Positions 60,539 to 64,000 of a stretch of 64,000 bases of DNA are shown one piece after another. The translations under genes and the position numbers were made by a program. The notes beneath the pieces are model-generated. The model did not search any database. It was given only the letters and a program-made list of their open reading frames with translations, and had not been told where the DNA came from. Origin of the DNA: a virus (lineage: Duplodnaviria; Caudoviricetes); the IMG/VR virus record IMGVR_UViG_3300033463_000015, one strand, 5' to 3'. Each line of letters starts with the position of its first letter. Position 1 is the stretch's first letter.

Positions 60539-60745
60539 ATGAAGATGCTGATGAAGACAACTGATGTTTATAGGGTAAATGATGAAGATGAAGCTATGCG
60601 GCTGATTGATGAGTTTAAGAGTAGCCAGAATGCAGAAGGCTACACGCTTACAAAGTCTGGCTACGTGCTAAAGACCAAGAAGTCTAAGGGCGAGATTATT
60701 GATAGCTGGGCTGTTGTAACAATTGAGAAGACTTTTGATGAGTGA
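60539..60745 (+). CDS. Small conserved phage hypothetical protein
   Basis: KTKKSKGEIID motif. Confidence 0.6.
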   Translation: MKMLMKTTDVYRVNDEDEAMRLIDEFKSSQNAEGYTLTKSGYVLKTKKSKGEIIDSWAVVTIEKTFDE

Positions 60746-60755
60746 GGGGAGAATT

Positions 60756-61565
60756 ATGAGTGAAGTAAATCTATTCCAAGATTGGACACAAACTTCCTAG
60801 GAACTTGATCCAATTGTAGAATTAATAAATCAAATTATGGCGCTTCCAGAAGATGGATTAAATGATCAAAATGTTGACATCATTCGAGGAATGCTTGAAG
60901 GTGCAATTACTCCTAATATTAAAGAGAATGTAATTAATGAAACATTAACTTTATTTAGTTCTCAAAATTATACTCGCAGTTATGTTGAAACCTTGATTAA
61001 GTCAGGGCGCACAGCATTAACTGATTATATTGATGAGCTTCAGCCCAGCGAGCATAAGAGAACACTCTTAAAGGTCATTTCAAATTTTATGAATGATATA
61101 TTTAATGCTATTGATGAGCATTATAATTCACACGATTTTGTTCTTCCTGTAAAGCTAGAAGAAGACGCGCATATTCCAACTTATGCACATAGTACCGATG
61201 CTGCGGCCGATATTTATGCTCTAGAAGATATGACATTGCCGCCTCATTCATTATCTAATGTAGTTCATACTGGATTAAGAATTGCTCTACCAGAAGGTTG
61301 GGCTGCTTATATTCTACCACGTTCTAGCATTGGTATGAGAACTGGTTTGCGGCTAAGCAATAGTGTTGGTGTTATTGATAGCGAGTATCGCGGTGAAATT
61401 GGCGTAATGTATGATAACCATTCTGATTCTGATTATAGAATTCATAAGGGCGATCGTATCGCACAAATGATTGTGATGCCAGTTCATCAGTTTAAGCCTC
61501 AAGTAGTTGATACTTTGGATGAAACTTCACGAGGCGAGGGTGGATTCGGTTCCACTGGTAAGTAA
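60756..61565 (+). CDS. dut: dUTPase with N-terminal extension; TAG=Gln
   Basis: AAADI, PRSS, GVIDSEYRGE, RIAQ, RGEGGFGSTG. Confidence 0.9.
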
Positions 61566-62311
61566 TGCCAATAAATATATATACTGTAAAAAATCATTTA
61601 GAATCAGAACATTGGGTTTTAGTCTCTGATACATATAAGAATTTAAATACAGAACTTGAAATGATTTGCCCACAAGGTCATCGTTAGCTACAAACTTATG
61701 CTAACTGGCGCAAGCATATGCTATGTGAATAGTGCTTTGCGGGCGACCCTTTCAAGGGCAAAAAAAATAAAGTGCCCGCCAAAGAAGCGAACACGCAAAG
61801 AATATTAGCATTAGATGCTGCCACCAATATAACTGGCTATGCTATTTATGATAACAAAGTGTTAGTTAGTTATGGTACTTTTAAGACAAAAGCTGAAGAT
61901 AACGCTACTAGCCGCATTAATGAAGTAAAACATTGGCTTTTAGCCGCTATTGATGAATGGGAGCCAGATTTTGTAGGAATAGAACATATATAGCTGCAAA
62001 CTTATGGCGGCAATTCATCTTTCTAGGTTGAAACTTATCGTGTGCTTGCTAATTTACAAGGTGTAATAATGGATACATTATTTGAAAAATCCATTGATAG
62101 CGATTTAGTTTATCCTAGTGAATGGCGTAAGTACTGCGGTATAAGTAGCGGTGACGCGCATCGTGAAAACAAAAAGAAAGCTGCGCAAGAAAAAGTTATG
62201 GTGTGGTATGGGTAGAGCTGTACATAGGATGAAGCTGATGCTATATGTATTGGAAAATATTGGTGCGGCAAATTGAAAAATAATAAGTTACAATGGGGAG
62301 AAGATATATGA
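61565..62311 (+). CDS. RuvC-like Holliday junction resolvase; several TAG=Gln
   Basis: ILALDAATNITGYA, IEHI, PSEWRK, DEADAICIG. Confidence 0.8.
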
Positions 62312-62691
62312 TTGAATTAACTGTTCAGGAAATGATTGATAGCATTCCTACTCTAAGAGATTTAGCAAGTAAGCAGCTAAAAAGCAAGGTAGCATTTAGA
62401 GTCGCAAGATTGCTTCGTGAAGTACAAGCAGAAAGTGAGACTTTTGAAACCGCGCGAATTAATCTCGTAAAACTATACGCCGCGAAGGATGAAAATGGCG
62501 AGATTAAGACTGACGAAAATGGTAATACTTATATTGAGCAGGATAAGATTGAAGAATTTAATAGTGAATTAAAGGATTTACTTGAAAACACTATTACTAT
62601 TAATGGCGATAAACTAAAGTTATATGATTTAGATGATATAATGTTTACACCACAGCAAATGGTTAGCTTTGGAGCCTTTATTGAGGAATAA
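62308..62691 (+). CDS. Hypothetical protein
   Basis: ORF with RBS. Confidence 0.65.
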   Translation: MIELTVQEMIDSIPTLRDLASKQLKSKVAFRVARLLREVQAESETFETARINLVKLYAAKDENGEIKTDENGNTYIEQDKIEEFNSELKDLLENTITINGDKLKLYDLDDIMFTPQQMVSFGAFIEE

Positions 62692-62731
62692 AAATAAGAG
62701 CCCCTCCCAGTAATGGGAGGGGCTTATTTTT
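62692..62731. terminator. Bidirectional intrinsic terminator
   Basis: AAATAAG-A-GCCCCTCCCA-GTAA-TGGGAGGGGC-TTATTTT between convergent genes. Confidence 0.85.
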
Positions 62732-64000
62732 TATGTATAATAATATACATCACATACTGTTCTACCATCGGTGCCTTGTGCATATCCTGTTAATGTTAAA
62801 TCTGTAATTTTACATCTATGTGTAGATATCGTTCCTCCGCCTCCAACCGTAATTGCAGCATTTAAAGTCCAATTAATTGTAGTTTCATTAACAAAAATAT
62901 GTTTATCACTTGAGGCTATACTTATAGTTATTTCTTTACTCGCTCCATTTACACCCCAATTAATTGTAGATGAAGGCATACCAAATGTAATTGTATTTTG
63001 ATTAGAAGCATTAGTAAAACTCATTGAAAAACTAGTTAACTAAGAATAGCCCGCTGTAGAAGCTCTTACAGGGCCTTGCATATAAAAATGTAATACATAT
63101 CTATAACCAGAAGAACTATTTCCTAAACCATTAGTCATATAAAAATTACCACTAGTATTAATAGAATCACTGTTTCCAGAGCTAGTAGCAGAAATAGGCG
63201 TATCATTACTAATATTAGCATTATAATTAGGAACAATTAAAATCCAGTCGCTACTATTTGCCATATGAGTTTCTATGGAAGCAATTGATTTACGCCATCC
63301 ATTATTTGGATCATCTGAAGAAACATTTGGATTCATAATAACAATATTTTCATGACTCCATATTGGTCTATCATTAATTTTAATATTATTACCAGATAAT
63401 GAAAGACCAGCTTCATCCATAATAATACTTGCCGTACTATTATAAGTTCCGTTTTCAGTATTAGAAGTAGAATAATTTAATGATAATCCATTTTCATTTA
63501 AATTAAATTCTTCTTTTGCCCATTTATTAGTTGTAGTATCCTAATGTAACTCATTTAATGCAATGCTGCCGCCACTAAGAGCAATATTACCACCTGCTAA
63601 ATTTATATTACCACTACTTAAAGAAATACCAGCATTTGAAGCTAATGTAATACCAGCAGTTCCTAACGCTAAAACATTTTCATTATTAGAAGTGTTTAAC
63701 GAAATAGTAGCTCCTCGTAATCCTATACCAGATGAATTTAGTACTACTGCTGCGTTTCCACTACTATTAGTTCCAGTATAATTAGGTTTAACGCTAGCGA
63801 TTGTAATTCCACTATTAGAACCAATTAATAATGGATAATTTGAATTATTACCAAGAATTAAACCATATGATGTACTATTCCATATTGGCCATCCATTTGC
63901 ATCTTTATTTGTCCAAACAGTTGAATTTCGTCCAACAATACCATATGCCGACATTCCTTCATTCGCAGAAGCGGCACTCGCCGCTGTTTGACTTGCATCT
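62731..64000 (-). CDS. Tail/virion protein C-terminus (starts outside window); TAG=Gln
   Basis: Minus-strand ORFs 63541-63954, 63040-63420 and 62731-63024 share one frame separated by TAG; Ser/Gly/Asn-rich beta-repeat composition. Confidence 0.7.

Overview
This is a 64 kb segment of a large AT-rich tailed-phage genome, probably infecting an anaerobic Firmicute (inferred from sigma-A-type promoters, GGAGG ribosome-binding sites, an r1t-type holin, NrdDG and a TagF-like gene). The phage uses an alternative genetic code: in-frame TAG reads as Gln (code 15), so many ORF-track fragments join into intact genes. Layout: virion/tail genes (1-1.8 kb); a ~16 kb RNA-gene island (2.2-18.2 kb); RNA end-healing and ligase genes (18.5-22.2 kb); holin, RNase H, ligase, ClpP, PhoH, methylase and two nucleobase permeases; an iteron-type origin at ~36.9 kb; a full replisome (type IIA topoisomerase, SSB, helicase, primase, RecJ, DnaE); NrdDG, dUTPase, RuvC; and the end of a convergent tail gene. 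The RNA island holds ~27 tRNAs, a tmRNA, a ROOL-like RNA, a probable GOLLD RNA and several unassigned structured RNAs. The most notable signals are: (1) tRNA-Thr(GGT) and tRNA-Pro are each split in the anticodon loop by related inserts that are not group I introns and share the ends TTTGAAAATCT...GATTTTYA. One insert is an anticodon-less mini-tRNA nested in the tRNA; the other carries a PD-(D/E)XK endonuclease. Together with the nearby RNA ligase this suggests a new protein-spliced, possibly mobile tRNA intron class. (2) The amber suppressor tRNA(CUA) is hidden by a 173-nt group I intron. (3) A small RNA mimics the uL11-binding GTPase-associated centre of 23S rRNA. All calls come from reading the sequence by eye; no searches were run.
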